NCBI GenBank assembly: GCA_013239625.1
Contig: MU055922.1
Location: 11,870,080 to 11,934,079 of the forward strand
DNA length: 64,000 nt
Reading direction: 5' to 3'
From: Lama guanicoe
Lineage: Eukaryota
Positions 1 through 12,509 of this stretch are shown here, piece by piece. The stretch's first letter is position 1, and every line of letters begins with the position of its first letter. The translations under genes were made by a program, and so were the position numbers. Below the pieces are notes generated by a model. The model saw nothing but the letters and a program-made list of their open reading frames with translations. It was not told the origin of the DNA and did no database searches.

Positions 1-171
1 CCCTCATCCCTCCAGAGAAGGGAAGAATGTCCTGCCAGCATTACCTGGGAAACTTTGGTTTAAATACCACTTGTCACTTTGGATGCAAAGCTGGATTCAC
101 ACTCATGGGAGACAGTGCTCTCAGATGCAGACCTTCTGGACAATGGACAGCAGCAGCGCCAGCATGCAGAG
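1..171 (+). CDS. SELP: P-selectin penultimate sushi/SCR exon (5'-partial)
   Basis: Frame from 3 reads LIPPEKGRMSCQHYLGNFGLNTTCHFGCKAGFTLMGDSALRCRPSGQWTAAAPACR; phase-1 donor G|GTAATG. Confidence 0.95.
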
Positions 172-944
172 GTAATGTGAAAAGAAGCAGGCAGTCCTGA
201 TGCTATCTTCTAGCAAGCTAGTCATTGTGTGTGCCTGTCGAAATTGCATTCAATCCCAAGGACCACTTCTGGCCTCCGCTTCTCCATGAAACTCACATCA
301 ATCCCAATTAGAAGGGATGTATAGCAAGCGTACCGCTTGTCCCCTTCCTTATGTCACAAGCTAATGGCCTGGTACTCAAAGACCTAAAGGAGGAAACATT
401 TGTAACTGTCCAAAATGTGTTAGAACAATAAGCTTGCTGAACACGAAACCAGCTACATGAAATGTGAAATACAAGTTGCGATTCTGTTAATGATGCAACA
501 GTGTAGACATCTCATATTTTCATAATTGGAACCTAAATAAAAAGAGAAAGCATGTATGATACCTCTTGAAGACCTGTCGCCCTACGCATGAAGCACGATG
601 TCTCTTCGATCATTGTGTTCCCTGTGAAACACAGTACAGCGCTTTGCAAATGGCATTATGACTCAATAACATTTATTTGGGCTAAATTCAGATTTCCGAG
701 TTGAGTTAAATTTGAGTAAAATTTAGTTCCCTATCCACAAATTTGGGGGAACAACCTGAAATTCTCTGAAAAATAGTTTAAAGAGGGTGGCAGTCTCTAC
801 TTCTTTCAAACTTTCAGAGGCCAGCTGTGCTAAACACTTATTACTTTAGAAAACATGTGTTCACATGACAGCTAACTGCCAATGGTAGTAATGATAACAT
901 TTAGAACAACAGTATTTTTAAGGAGTAAAATTTTGTTTTTTAAT

Positions 945-1092
945 ATTTTTTCTTTTTTAGATTTTTTTTGTTGGAGGGGAGGTAATTAGGTTTATTTATT
1001 TACTTATTTTAAGAGGAGGTACTGGGGATTGAACCCAGGACCTCAGGCATAGCTAAACATGCTCTCTACCACTGAGCTATACCCTCCCACCC
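945..1092 (-). mobile_element. tRNA-derived SINE, camelid Vic-1-like
   Basis: Reverse strand GGGTATAGCTCAGTGGTAGAG...GGTTCAATCCCCAGTACC (A/B boxes), then AAATAAATAAACCTAATTACCTCCC and an A-rich tail. Confidence 0.85.
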
Positions 1093-1228
1093 TGAAAGGC
1101 AGGGATTTATTGAATGTTACTATGTGCCCATCCTCATCTACTGGCAATCCTAGCCTGGTTTCACATGAAATCATAATCTCTTTACTTTCATTCTATGTTT
1201 GTTATTCATGCATTCTTTTTTTCTGCAG

Positions 1229-1414
1229 CTGTCAAATGCTCCGAGCTACACATTATTGAGCCAATAGTGATGAACTGCTCCAGCCCCTGGGGGAAGTTCA
1301 GCTACGGATCAACCTGCAGCTTCTATTGTCCAGAGGGTCAATCACTTAATGGCTCAGAGAGAACAGCCTGCCAAGAGAACGGCTGGTGGTCGACTTCTGT
1401 GCCAACCTGCCAAG
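1229..1414 (+). CDS. SELP: P-selectin last sushi/SCR exon (186 nt)
   Basis: ttctgcag acceptor; VKCSELHIIEPIVMNCSSPWGKFSYGSTCSFYCPEGQSLNGSERTACQENGWWSTSVPTCQ; donor G|GTATAT. Confidence 0.96.
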
Positions 1415-2271
1415 GTATATTTCTCAGATGGGTTAGGAAGTCACTTTGATATGGGAAATAATGAAATCAGAGTTTCTTCTCTGTGTATTTTTGACAGTGG
1501 TCTCATTTTCCATCACTGGGTTTCCCCTGCGTTTAATAAGTGCTTCACAATGACTCAAACGGAAGCTCCTTGCCTTATGCAGAGCAGTGGGAATCAAATT
1601 CAGTGACTCTGTTGACAATCACCATTCCTTTCTCAAAGCTCCAGTTTGTGAAATGAATCCTCTCATTTCTTTACAATCTGTGTGTGTTACAGCTTGAAGT
1701 TTCAAAATGTTTTAAACTGGAGGTGATTTAAGGCAGACTCCTAATTTATTATCTCAGAAGACCTTTGTTTACCATATTCCTCTACCATAGGCTTTCCTTA
1801 ATTAAGCTCCATCTGTTTGTAAGGTTTATTTCATCCCCCTCCCATTTATTTTTCCACTTTTTTTCTCCAGCAGCTTGTTTTAACTACTTTTTCTTTCTTT
1901 CTTTCTTTTTGGCACAAATGAATCTTCAATTGTCCCCCCTAAAATTACCTACAGTTTCATTTATCGAAACTTCCACTTATTCTGTCTATCATTTAATCAC
2001 TGAATCCCTTCTGTTGGGTCCTTACCCTGACTCCTTCAGAAATTATGTTTGATATTTAAGCATTAGGAAGAAAATTAGGCCCTGTGTCCCATTCTGTTGC
2101 AGTGATTTTATGACTTCCAGATCTTCTTGTGCTGGGCTGTTAGCTCTGCCAGGATCTTTGATGACCTACTTCATCTCACCTCTTAGAGTTCTGGGGACCC
2201 TCCTGGGGGAACGATGGTCTTCTGCACAATACACTTCTTATGTCTTGCATGTGTGTGTGTTTGCTTTACAG

Positions 2272-2391
2272 CGGGGCCACTGACTGTCAAGGAAGCCCTG
2301 ACTTATTTTGGTGGAGCAGTGGCTTCTACAACAGGTTTAGTGGTGTGTGGGACGCTCCTGGCTCTGCTAAGAAGGTGGTGCAGACAAAAAG
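2272..2391 (+). CDS. SELP: P-selectin transmembrane exon (120 nt)
   Basis: GPLTVKEALTYFGGAVASTTGLVVCGTLLALLRRWCRQK; AG/GT boundaries, phase 1-1. Confidence 0.96.
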
Positions 2392-2544
2392 GTAAATAGG
2401 AAAGAGTATTCTTATTTTCTTCCCTCATGTGATTTTGGGTGGGGCAGTGAAACCACAGCTTCAGTAGTACCTATCTAAAAACATTTGCATTGAAAGAAAA
2501 CAAGACTAAGATAACTGATCTTGAGAACCAACTGCCCATCAGTT

Positions 2545-2672
2545 GGTTTCAATCTTTTAGAAAAATAGAGAATTTTTATAAAAATACAGGTCCTCATAAT
2601 ATGGAGATCTGGTGATGGGCCTGTAAATCTGAATTTTTCAAAAGCCTCCCGCCCCTCCACCAGATTTTGATG
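2545..2672. mobile_element. MER5-like hAT DNA transposon remnant
   Basis: gggcctgtaaatctgaatttttcaaaagcctccc...gattttgatg resembles MER5A. Confidence 0.5.
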
Positions 2673-2759
2673 AAGACAAGTTGCACGTTGGCATTTGGGG
2701 GCCTCTGAGTTACCGCCAAAACTAATTAGAAAGGAGTTACTCTTACTTCCTTCACTCAT

Positions 2760-3300
2760 TTTTTCATGCAATAGCCATTTATTGATCATCTGTGTTAGGT
2801 AGTGAGACCCAGAATGATGGTTCCTGACGTTAAGGAACGTATAATCTAGTAGGAGAGATAGACAAGTTAAATTAGTGCTAACACTGAAGCGTAGCAAGTG
2901 TGTTTGGGCAAAAATACAACCCAAGTTATTACAGAACACAAAATAAAGGAGTCCTAACCAACTGATAGGGCAGAAAGACTCTTTTAAGCTTACCTTTGAA
3001 GAAAAAGAGGGATCTTTCCAAGAGAGAAAACTGAAAAAGAGCTCCAGCAGAAATAATGGCATGTGAAAAGACCTAAAACAGTGAAATAGCTAGAAAAGTG
3101 CTATGTTCCACAGTTTTTTTGCATCTGAATCAGAAGAAAAAAAAAAACTGGTGGAGGAAGTGAAAAACGAAGCTAGTGTGAAGAGCTGCTGCTTTATCAA
3201 TGATTTAGTATGAAAAGCTAAGAGATGTATACGTGCTCATGAAAACTTGTGGGGCTACTTCAGGCTTTAAGCAAGAAAGGGACCAAAATGGATGAAGACC
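2760..3300 (-). mobile_element. L2 remnant
   Basis: cattttttcatgcaatagccatttattga... L2 3' tail pattern followed by purine-rich L2 body. Confidence 0.5.
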
Positions 3301-4777
3301 TTCTATAAGGGAAACTGTGTTTACCAGACTGTTCATCAAAAAATAGATCTAGCCTAGGAATAAAAAAGAAAGACTCATCCCGTAAGGGTTACAACATCCT
3401 TTCACTGCCTGTCCCAGATGTTCGGCCTGCCCATACGCTGAGAAACCTCTTTTAATAAGACGCTGGGGACCATCACTATTCTTCATGGAGAGTAATGAGG
3501 GGTGTCAGAGCAGTCAGGATGCTCAAATCCAAGAACTGAAAGTGGCGATGTTAAAAGTACCTGACAGCGTTCTCATGGAGTTGAGGAGTTTCAAGACCTA
3601 TTTTTAACTGCTCGGCGGAAGAACCCCTGGTTCCCTCCTCACATGCTCTCTTCCTTCGCAAAGGCACCATTGCATTAGGCTGTTTTTCTAAAGCTGCTTC
3701 ATACACTCTGTGAGTGGGTGAATAGGGAAACGGACAAACAGCGACACTGCTTAAAGATCAAAGAGCTACAACCAATCCGTCCATGTAACATTTGTGCTTG
3801 CTTAACCAAATCCAGAAGCAGAGGCGAGAGCTCCTAAGACCTGGGTCTTAATTTCCACCACTATGTAGGAGTCATTTTCCCCAAGTCCTTTTTTTCCCTT
3901 AGTTTTCAGACATTTCCAGGGAATCCTCTGAACCATGCAGAGGGACCAGCAGCCACCCATCCTCCAGTATCTTTATACGAAATAAATTCCTTTGTAGGGA
4001 GGGAGAATTTTCCCTTGACCTGTCCCAATTTGATTTTAAACTTTCTAGGATTCTATGTTCCCACACTAGGATAATGCTGTATACTATATCCCCCTCCTGC
4101 AAATTCAAAATGCACATTATTAGCACATTGAAGGCTCAATCATCCCCTGGAATAAATATACTTGTTCATCTTCATTTCACCAAATATTTTCTAAACTTAT
4201 TTAGCCATGAGATGCTTTTCTCCTTTTATCTACCCATGGGATGATTGACAGACTTGCTTACATGTTTGAAGCTTCCACTATCAGAGTCCATTGTTTGGAT
4301 TAAGACAGAAGGCCCCTGATCACATATGTGACCAGGGAAGGAAAATATCCACTGTTACGTCGACTTGGATTTGTTTATGTGATTATCTAGTCCCACTAAT
4401 GGCTGAGGGAGTGTGACAGGATGCAAAGATAGAGGCCCTCAAGTGCCAAAGAAATGGATTTCGAGAACCAATGATCTCAACAACCACCAAGAGTAGCCAA
4501 GAGACTGAAGGCAGGGACCAGAGGTAGGAGAAGAGGTTGAAAGGGAAGATGAGAAAGATGAGAGGTCTCTGGAGTTACATATTATCAAATATTTTACTTA
4601 GTCTTAAAAAGGTCCTAGCTCTCAGGGAGGGATTGTTCCCCATATGTCCCTTATAATGAGCCCATCTGAAAATCAGCCTGCTAACTTTCCCCAGTAATTC
4701 CTATCACTGATGACCTTTCTCCTCCATCCCATTTTTTTCTTTTAAACCAATCTTTTGTGTCTTCTTGCTTATTTCAG

Positions 4778-4808
4778 ATGAGGGGGAAAGTCCCTTGAAT
4801 CCTCAAAG
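4778..4808 (+). CDS. SELP: P-selectin cytoplasmic exon C1 (31 nt)
   Basis: Polypyrimidine tract then atttcag; (D)EGESPLNPQ(S); donor AAG|GTAAGA; resembles human DDGKCPLNPHS. Confidence 0.92.
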
Positions 4809-5574
4809 GTAAGATAGAAAAGTTTCATGATTAAGTATTTCTAGTTTGGCTTTTTAATTCACTGTAATATGTCAGAAGGATTATACATACACTACCACCC
4901 GTCTTTTGCAACAGATCTTTGGCAATGTCCCCTTTACTAAATTCTGGAGCAAAATATACACATAATATATCTTAACGACACATGATGTTTGTAAGAAACA
5001 GTAAGTGCCCTAATCATAATATAAAGGAGAAATACAAGGGAAAGTGACTTGTAGTAGAAATAAAATGTGAAAGCTGGGGCATCTCACTAGCAGACGCTGT
5101 GAGGTTATCAGAGGCCTGCACCTTCGTTCAATTAGAATCACTATGAAGGCAACAACCTTAAAGGCCAACTGACAAGAATATTCCATTAGTGACTCAAACA
5201 GTATCAGAAGTGTTGCCAGAACCAACCTGATTTTTCAAAATGATGAGAGATTCTGGTAAAGAGTTGGAAAACCTGTCATTATCTTCCCTCAGATGGCAGG
5301 TGCATTTTTAAAGACACACCAAAAAACTAACATTTATGTATAAAGCAGTTAAGTTCCAGGCTCAGAGATTTTTCGCCTCCTTGAATATTGAGTAGATATT
5401 CAAAAGTTACATGGAGTGTGCAAGACAGTTCTTTTGTGGCCCATGCCTATTAGACCATTCAGCACCCCTGGCCCCTGCCCTAATGTCAATAGTAAGTCTT
5501 GATCACTATGAAAATTAAAAAAAAAAAAATGCCCGTAGGGAGCAGTACTACCATTCTTTGAAAACTATAGCCAA

Positions 5575-6010
5575 AACAACACGGATGGACCTGGAGACTG
5601 TCATTCTAAGTGAAGTAAGCCAGAGAGAGAAAGAAAAATACCATATGATATCACTTATATGTGGAATCAAAAAAAAAAAAAGACAAACGAACTTATTTAC
5701 GAAACAGAAACAGACTCACAGACATAGAAAACAAACTTAGGGTTACTAGGGGGGAAGGGCATGGGAGGGGGTAAACTAGGAGTTCGAGATTTGCAGATAC
5801 TAGCTAATATATATAAAATAGATAAACAACAAGTTTATAGTGTATAGCATGGGGAACTACATTCAATATCTTGTAGTAACTTATGGTGAAAAAGAATATG
5901 AAATGAATTATATGTCTGTTCCTATATGACTAAAGCATTGTGCTGTACACCAGAAATTGACACAACATTGTAAACTGACTATACTTCAATAAAAATATAT
6001 TAAAAAAAAC
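5575..6010 (+). mobile_element. 5'-truncated L1 3' end
   Basis: ATGGACCTGGAGACTGTCATTCTAAGTGAAGTAAG...ACAACATTGTAAACTGACTATACTTCAATAAA plus A tail; TSD-like atagccaaa on both sides. Confidence 0.9.
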
Positions 6011-6332
6011 CCATAGCCAAATGATCAAGTATCAAGGCTTGAATTTTGTAAGGATTTCCTCTCACCAAGAAGAGGCTGCAGTTGGGGGATAGCAGGTGCT
6101 CAGGACCTAAATCATCAACACTAATTTAACCTGGGTATAAGCTACAGTGCAAATTACCCAGGGCTGTTAAGTGGGATCTAGAAAATTTCTTTGGCTATTC
6201 TTCTTCCCCTCTAAAAGCAGAGCATTCCAGGGGTGGGGTGGTAATCCACAGTCTCTGGAGGAACTCTGTGCAGGATTGTGGTCAAGAACTGAGCATCATA
6301 TGGAAGGTCATCCTTGTGTTTCTGTTCTTCAG

Positions 6333-6387
6333 CCACCCAGGAAAATATGGAGTTTTTACAAATGCTGCCTTTGACCCCACCCCTTAA
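6333..6387 (+). CDS. SELP: P-selectin cytoplasmic exon C2 with stop codon
   Basis: HPGKYGVFTNAAFDPTP*; TAA at 6385-6387, donor G|GTAAGT one base later. Confidence 0.95.
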
Positions 6388-7059
6388 GGTAAGTTACCTC
6401 TGAAGGTATTTCTGGAGGAAATAGAAGAGTAGGGGAAAGAGGAAGAATATAAAGCTTGACTTTTCTTTATGATCATGAGTTAAATTTTAAGTGTGTATTA
6501 AATTTCCAAGCTGTGGCGGCAGTCGGGGACAGATATGGCAGTGGAGTGACAGCATTAAGTGAGTTCATAGGAGGATTTCCATTTCCTCCAGGATAGAAAT
6601 GTTCTAATAAGATGTAACTTATTTCAGGATGTATGACATCTCCGTGAGATGGCCCGTAGGTGGTACTGACACTGTGACCTTGCTTGATAACCAGAAGTCA
6701 TGACTGCTGGAAAGAGTTTACAGGCTTTACGGAGTCAATTCCCTTTATAGCTTTCTGGGAAAACAAAGATAATCTGACCCCTATTTCCCAAAAACTCCAG
6801 GAGTCGTTGAGCTTCCAAAGGAAAGTAGCCCAGATGGCAGAGTATCTAGAATCTAGGAAAAAATTACACTGAGCCTCAGGGGGTACATATGAAGAGAGCT
6901 TTTTCTTTTTTTAAGGAAAATATAATTATTTTTATTTTTTGTCTCATTTTCAGAGAACTGTCCTTCTCTTGGTCACCTCACTCAACCTCTACAGGATCCT
7001 AGTTTTGAACTTCAGGCTTCCTGATAGACTTGACTGTAACTGTTGCATATTTGCTGCAG

Positions 7060-7615
7060 TTTTCTGTAAATATTTGTGAATAAAGGACATGGAATTTCCT
7101 TTACAGTAGCTCTGGAACAGAGCAGAAGGATTGTACCACAAGCCCACCCTATCCACCCCCCACCCCTTCCTGCTTCATTTCCTCTTCCTCTGACATGAGC
7201 CTCAGAAGCTAGGACGGAATGTTTCCTTGGTTGGTCTGCGGGCTTTGCCCCAGCTGTCACCTGAGATACTAATTAGCTAGAGCCGGGAACATCTGACTCA
7301 CCAGAAGACCAGGCTGTGTAAAAATAAAATTGCCTCTTTACTTTGGGGTTGGAGGAAGGCATCCTCTACTTTGTTGGAAGGCAGGTGGCGTCTCTGACTT
7401 GAGGGAGTTTCTGGAGGATCTCCTGGGGTCTTCAGTGCTTGCTATTTGTGAAGTCTTTTAAACCTCTGCTGTAAGGCTTCCAGAGAAGCCTCTGGATGGC
7501 ACCAGAGGCTACAGATGACCAAGAATTAAGACAGGGAGGTACACATCACTCTCCCCCAAAGAACCCAAAGACTGATACTCAAATTTCTAAATAAAATGAT
7601 TCACCCAAATGCCAT
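7060..7615 (+). other. SELP: SELP 3'UTR terminal exon (3' end approximate)
   Basis: Acceptor ttgctgcag; start resembles the recalled human 3'UTR (...GACATGGAATT...TAGCTCTGGA); AATAAA at 7590-7595, also at 7079 and 7323. Confidence 0.7.
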
Positions 7616-8829
7616 GTTATATTATTTGATGCTTTGTTCAATAAGGTCTGTGTCCATCAGTCTGTTTACATCAATGTAATGAATGCACAATTACATTTGT
7701 CCCAATTACAACTCAGCCCTTCAGCCAACAAATATATACTGTACCATCCCCTCAAACACACAAGAAGAAAATCAGAGAAGCAGAAAAAGTCATCACCTGA
7801 ATATTCTATAGGAAAGAAGAGCGGGGTTTTACTCATTCTTTAAATCTCATGTTTAATAAATAGATTATTGAAAGTTACATAGTGGTTATCTGAAACGGAT
7901 GCAAAAAATAGAGAGCCAGACAATGTAACTGTCGTGGCTCTGTGAAATGTGAGGCAATGAACATGTCACAAAGACTAGGTAAACATGCAAATAAAATGCA
8001 AATAAAACATGCAAATAAAAATGGTGAAACAGTCCAACTAAAGGTTACAAGAATTTTGCAAGAATTTTGGTAGAAACCTTGGGATTTAGGGACACATTGC
8101 TTTTAAAAAGCTTCTCTGCTATACTGTCAGTAGCATCTCTAACTGCTAATTTTATGCCAATCACTAAGCTCGGAATTACAGGATGATGATTATCAGCCCT
8201 GTCTCCTGAGTCAGAATCTACATTTTGTAAAATCTTCCCAGGGAATTCTGGTGGTTTACCAGCTTTGTGAACCACTGATATTATAGATACAGAAGAACAA
8301 GGCACTGTTCCTGCTGTTGACTAGCTTATAATCTAGTTGGGGATACAACAGACGCCCAAATAAAGTGACAGAGGATAATCAACATGAACATATTATTGGA
8401 AGAGTGTGGAAGGAATTCATAAAATGGAAAAGTCAGTTTGGTTCAGAATCAAGGAGAGAGCTAGAACTCTGACTGGACTTAAAAAGAGTGGACAGCCAAG
8501 AGGAAAAAAGAATGGCATTCTAAGTTGATCAGATAATATCAGACAAGGGGCAAAGACAGAAGACTGTGTGTAGGAGAGCAATGCTATTGAGGAGACTGAC
8601 ATGATGGAGACCTCACGTCAGGTGCTAGATTACAATTTATTCAATCTGTTGACACAAATCTTAAGACAGAAGCTTGGAGGCATGCAGATTCAGGAGACCC
8701 AGGAAAGTCATGATGATGCTTCAGATGATATAATTCTGAGATTCCCTATAAATAGCAAAATCATATCTTAAAAGCCGTGTGAAACAGTCAAATCCTCCAA
8801 GATATACAAGGGGCCCTGCAGGCAGGAAA

Positions 8830-9075
8830 AACATAATCATAGTAATAAGTACGTGCTGTGTGCTTTCCAACTGCTAGGAATTACACACTTCACAGTGTTC
8901 TTTTATCCTTCCAGCAACCCTTTCGGGGAAAACTATTATTATCATCCTGATTTTGCAGATGTCAAAACTGAGCTCCAGACAGGCTGTGTGACCTATCCAA
9001 GAGAACACAGCCAGTACGTGAAACTGAAATCTGGTCTCATTCTCTCAGTGAAGAATCTCTAAACCCTCTGCTCTG
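8830..9075 (-). mobile_element. MIR SINE
   Basis: attattatcatcctgattttgcagatgtcaaaactgagctccaga MIR core. Confidence 0.7.
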
Positions 9076-9099
9076 TCGCTGCCTTTGCTGGCCACAGGC

Positions 9100-9743
9100 T
9101 TTTACCAAAACAGACTTGTGCGTGGGTAGAAGTCAGCAAAGTGGGGCGGGCAGCAGGTCCCATTCATGTGCTCATCCCCTTGCCTCCTCACCACCTGAAA
9201 ATACAGTATTTCTGTGCCCTGTAATAGGGCACAATGCCCTTTCCCAGATCAGAAGGAGTGGTGTGGTTCAGGGTTTTGGGTTCCATTACACTGGGAAGTG
9301 CAGAGGGTCTGGCAAATGTGCACTTTGCCCCAGGTGGTTTTTATGGTGGCTGGTGAGGGGCTAGTGCTCCGTGGGGTGAGCAGGTGGAAGCGTGGGAGGA
9401 CAGTTCTGCTCCGCCTGCTGGAGCCTCTGATCTCTGCCCTTTCTTCATCTGTAGTAAAACAGTCACTAACCTGGTACCCCTCCCTAATCCCTCCTGTCAT
9501 CTGGGGCAGTGACCTAGCCACCCCCAGCCTGGAAAGGTCCCGGGAGGCGGGGCAGCCCCAGGCTGCAGCTGCCGCAGCGCCTGGGGGAGCTGAAGGGGAG
9601 GAGGAGGCTGCCACCCGCAGCCTCCCGGAGTACACTGCAGCCCCGACGGTGGACAACCCCGAGGAGCCGGGGGACGCTCGCTCGGCTGAGGCAGCCCTAC
9701 TCACCCCTGGGTGGTGGCGGCAGGCAGGAGCAGGAAAGGAGCC
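9100..9743 (+). promoter_or_regulatory. F5: F5 proximal promoter and 5'UTR (GC/CpG-rich)
   Basis: CpG-rich from about 9530; GC boxes near 9143 and 9544; HNF4-type DR1 TGCACTTTGCCCC at 9319-9331; Kozak gccATG at 9744. Confidence 0.7.
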
Positions 9744-9901
9744 ATGTTTCCAGGTTGCCCTTGCCTCTGGGTCCTCCTGGTCGTGGGCACCAGCTGGGCA
9801 GGCTGGGGGAGCCCAGGGGCTGAGGCAGCGCGGCTAAGGCAGTTCTACGTGGCTGCTCAGAGCATCAGCTGGAACTACCACCCTGAGCCCACACACACTA
9901 G
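9744..9901 (+). CDS. F5: Factor V exon 1 (signal peptide, start of A1; 158 coding nt)
   Basis: [28 protein letters not shown]|[24 protein letters not shown]; donor AG|GTAAGG. Confidence 0.97.
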
Positions 9902-12509
9902 GTAAGGCAGGTGTGGTGCCCGGGTGGGCTTCTCTAAGGAGGATAAGCCATTTCTTTTAGAGAGCACTCTCTTTGCAATTCCACGGCTTTTTTTTTTTAC
10001 ACTTCAAGTAAGTAAATATAATTAATAGGAGAGCATAGTAAATAAAATAAACTTGGTGGATGCCACTCTTGCCTCCAGTAATACAGTTTATCACTCTGAG
10101 GATATAGAAAATATTCAGTTTGATGGCGAGATGCTGCTTTCAAGAGTTTGTTGTTGATACAGTTTTGTTAGTATGATTGATTGATGGTTAAATATATTAA
10201 TTGATTCAAAAGCCACCAGGCAACTACCTCCTCATTAGCCCTTCCTGCAAACTCCTGTTCCAGATTTTTAGTATTCCAGTGTTTTTCTTAAACTTCTAGT
10301 TACATCTTAGTTTTTTCATTGTCCACATAGCTTTATCTTCTAAAACTAAAGATGTACACCTTGTACTTTATTATAAGCAGATTATTTAACAACAATTGCC
10401 ATAATTTTGTTGCTTTCTTATAAATGACTTTCAAAACATCATCAGTCCATAAAAATGCAACACTGTTGTTCTTTTACCTTTTTTCTGCTTCATGTGACAA
10501 TTTTTCTCTCATTCTTAATCACTTTTTCAGATATGGTCTACTCTGGCTGTTTTGGTAGAGTCACTATTAAGGCACATGTAACTAAGAGGGGGGTTAAATT
10601 ATAAAACTATATTTGAGTTGCAAACTATTCTTCCTAATTGAAAGGTTAAAAATAAGACTTCTCAAAAATGTAACAAATCATAGGTTCTACTCAATATTTC
10701 CAGTTACTCATATTTTTATTTAGTTTAATGGTAAAGCTCTTAGTGTGGCTGAGTTTTTTTTAACTTAGCATTACAGTTTAAATGATTGTGAAAGATGTGT
10801 TCCTCTTTTACAATTTCGAAACAAAAGCAATCTGTCAAGAAAATAGTGTAATATTTTAAGTCTTTTAATGTATCACATCAACCCTTTTAAAACCTTTTCC
10901 TTATAACTGGGTTATTTTGAAGGGCATTACATACTACACATACTATGGTCTTGTAATAATAAGAAATCCCTCTTTTTAAAAAACGATTTAAAATATTGCA
11001 TCTCAAGGTGATAATCTAGGTCACACCCTCACCGTTAGGGAACTGCCACTAGCTAAAACCCCAAAGGAAATAACAGTCTTTCCAACATTAATTTTTCTTG
11101 CTCATGGGTAGAACTCTAACTTGGTTGCTGGCTTTCCTGTGTCATGCTGTGCTCATGCTCATGCTCATGCTGAGTTTGTTCTTTCTTCTGTAGTTAACGC
11201 AGAGAATAACAAGCAGAATACTGGAGGCAGAACCACAAAGGGCAGAAACCTGATTCACATGGTGAATTCACATAGGGAGCCATGACTGGTCATCCTATCC
11301 TCTCAGTTGAGTTTCCAGAATTCTTGATGAGCTGTTCCTCTGGTACCAATTACTGAGTCAAAATCACACAGTGATAATCCAGACCAAATGTCAATGTTTT
11401 TGAACCTCAAATCACATAATTTATTTCTACTATTTGTATGTGAAAAATCTAACCTGTATTTCTGGCTGCTTAAACTAAGAACTTGTTCTAAATTATCCTA
11501 CACCTAGAGCTTATGATACTGTAAGGAAATCAACACAGACAACTCTATTCTTTGCTAAAGTATATTTTAGTACAAAGTAAAGATTTTTCTTCTGATTTCA
11601 TATAATGTTAGCAGGACAATGCCTTTTAGAGGTGAAATATATCTTTTATTCTTGCTCCAGGTCTGTAATGAATATTTTTGAAAATTTCCCTAAAGAAACA
11701 TGTTCAATCACTTACATGTACATAGTAACAGGTATTGAAAATATATATATATATTTTTATATATATATTTTTCCCTCTAAGATTCTAGTTTATATGATTT
11801 TTATTATGAAAAATCATCTTTAAATAGTCCTTATAAATGCAAAATTATCATGTATATATAGTTTGAATTCATATCATCTTTAATTTTCTTTTCAGACAGA
11901 TTTTTCAATAGCAATTCAATTGTTCAAATCAAAATAAATATACCTTAGTATGCACATACAATATACACAAGGAACTATATTAAGAAACATACCTCTAATT
12001 AAAATTATTCCACATAAAAGACTGATTTTTCTTAGTAAAGATTTTATATCATCACCTATATTCCTGTATTTAAATATCTAGGGTTAGGGAAGGGAGCTAC
12101 TTTTCAATTATACCGAAAAAAAAGACAAATAAATAAAAATAGACTTCCACATTCAGGACACAAGCTAACATATAGAGTCCTATGGTTTTTGGGCTAGAAA
12201 ACTCTAAGAGGTTGTTTAACTCATTTTCAACTTTCATGTTTTAACCTCCTACTTTTCCCCACACCCTAAGCACCAACACCCCTAGCAAAGAGTTGTCTAA
12301 TTTCCACTTGAATGCTTCCAGTGACTGAGAACCCACTACCTTCAATAGCTAGCCATTCCCCAAATACTCATGCCTCCTTTAATTCTGCCTCCAAATATTA
12401 ACACAGTTCTTGTATACCACATTTTAAAAATTATGAGAATTACTACAATTACAGATTTTTTTTCTGCCAGGAAAACCTGAAAACCAACTTTTGTTATACT
12501 TTTAAAATA

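Noticed and set aside
1020-1092. tRNA gene
   Set aside because: A/B boxes belong to a SINE head with the family-specific tail; three copies occur in the window
2475-3062. 195-aa minus-strand ORF
   Set aside because: Spans MER5 and L2 remnants in a SELP intron; no family similarity
6954-7059. Alternative acceptor (ttttcag at 6953) for the SELP last exon
   Set aside because: Plausible site, but similarity to the recalled human 3'UTR begins at 7060; no coding consequence
9214-9837. 207-aa (+) and 151-aa (-) ORFs over the F5 promoter
   Set aside because: Stop-poor GC-rich region; the + ORF has a non-ATG start and is out of frame with F5; no recognisable domain in either
11145-11172. (CTCATG)3 and other microsatellites such as (TA)n near 41790 and (TTG)n near 30090
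   Set aside because: Ordinary slippage repeats with no sign of function
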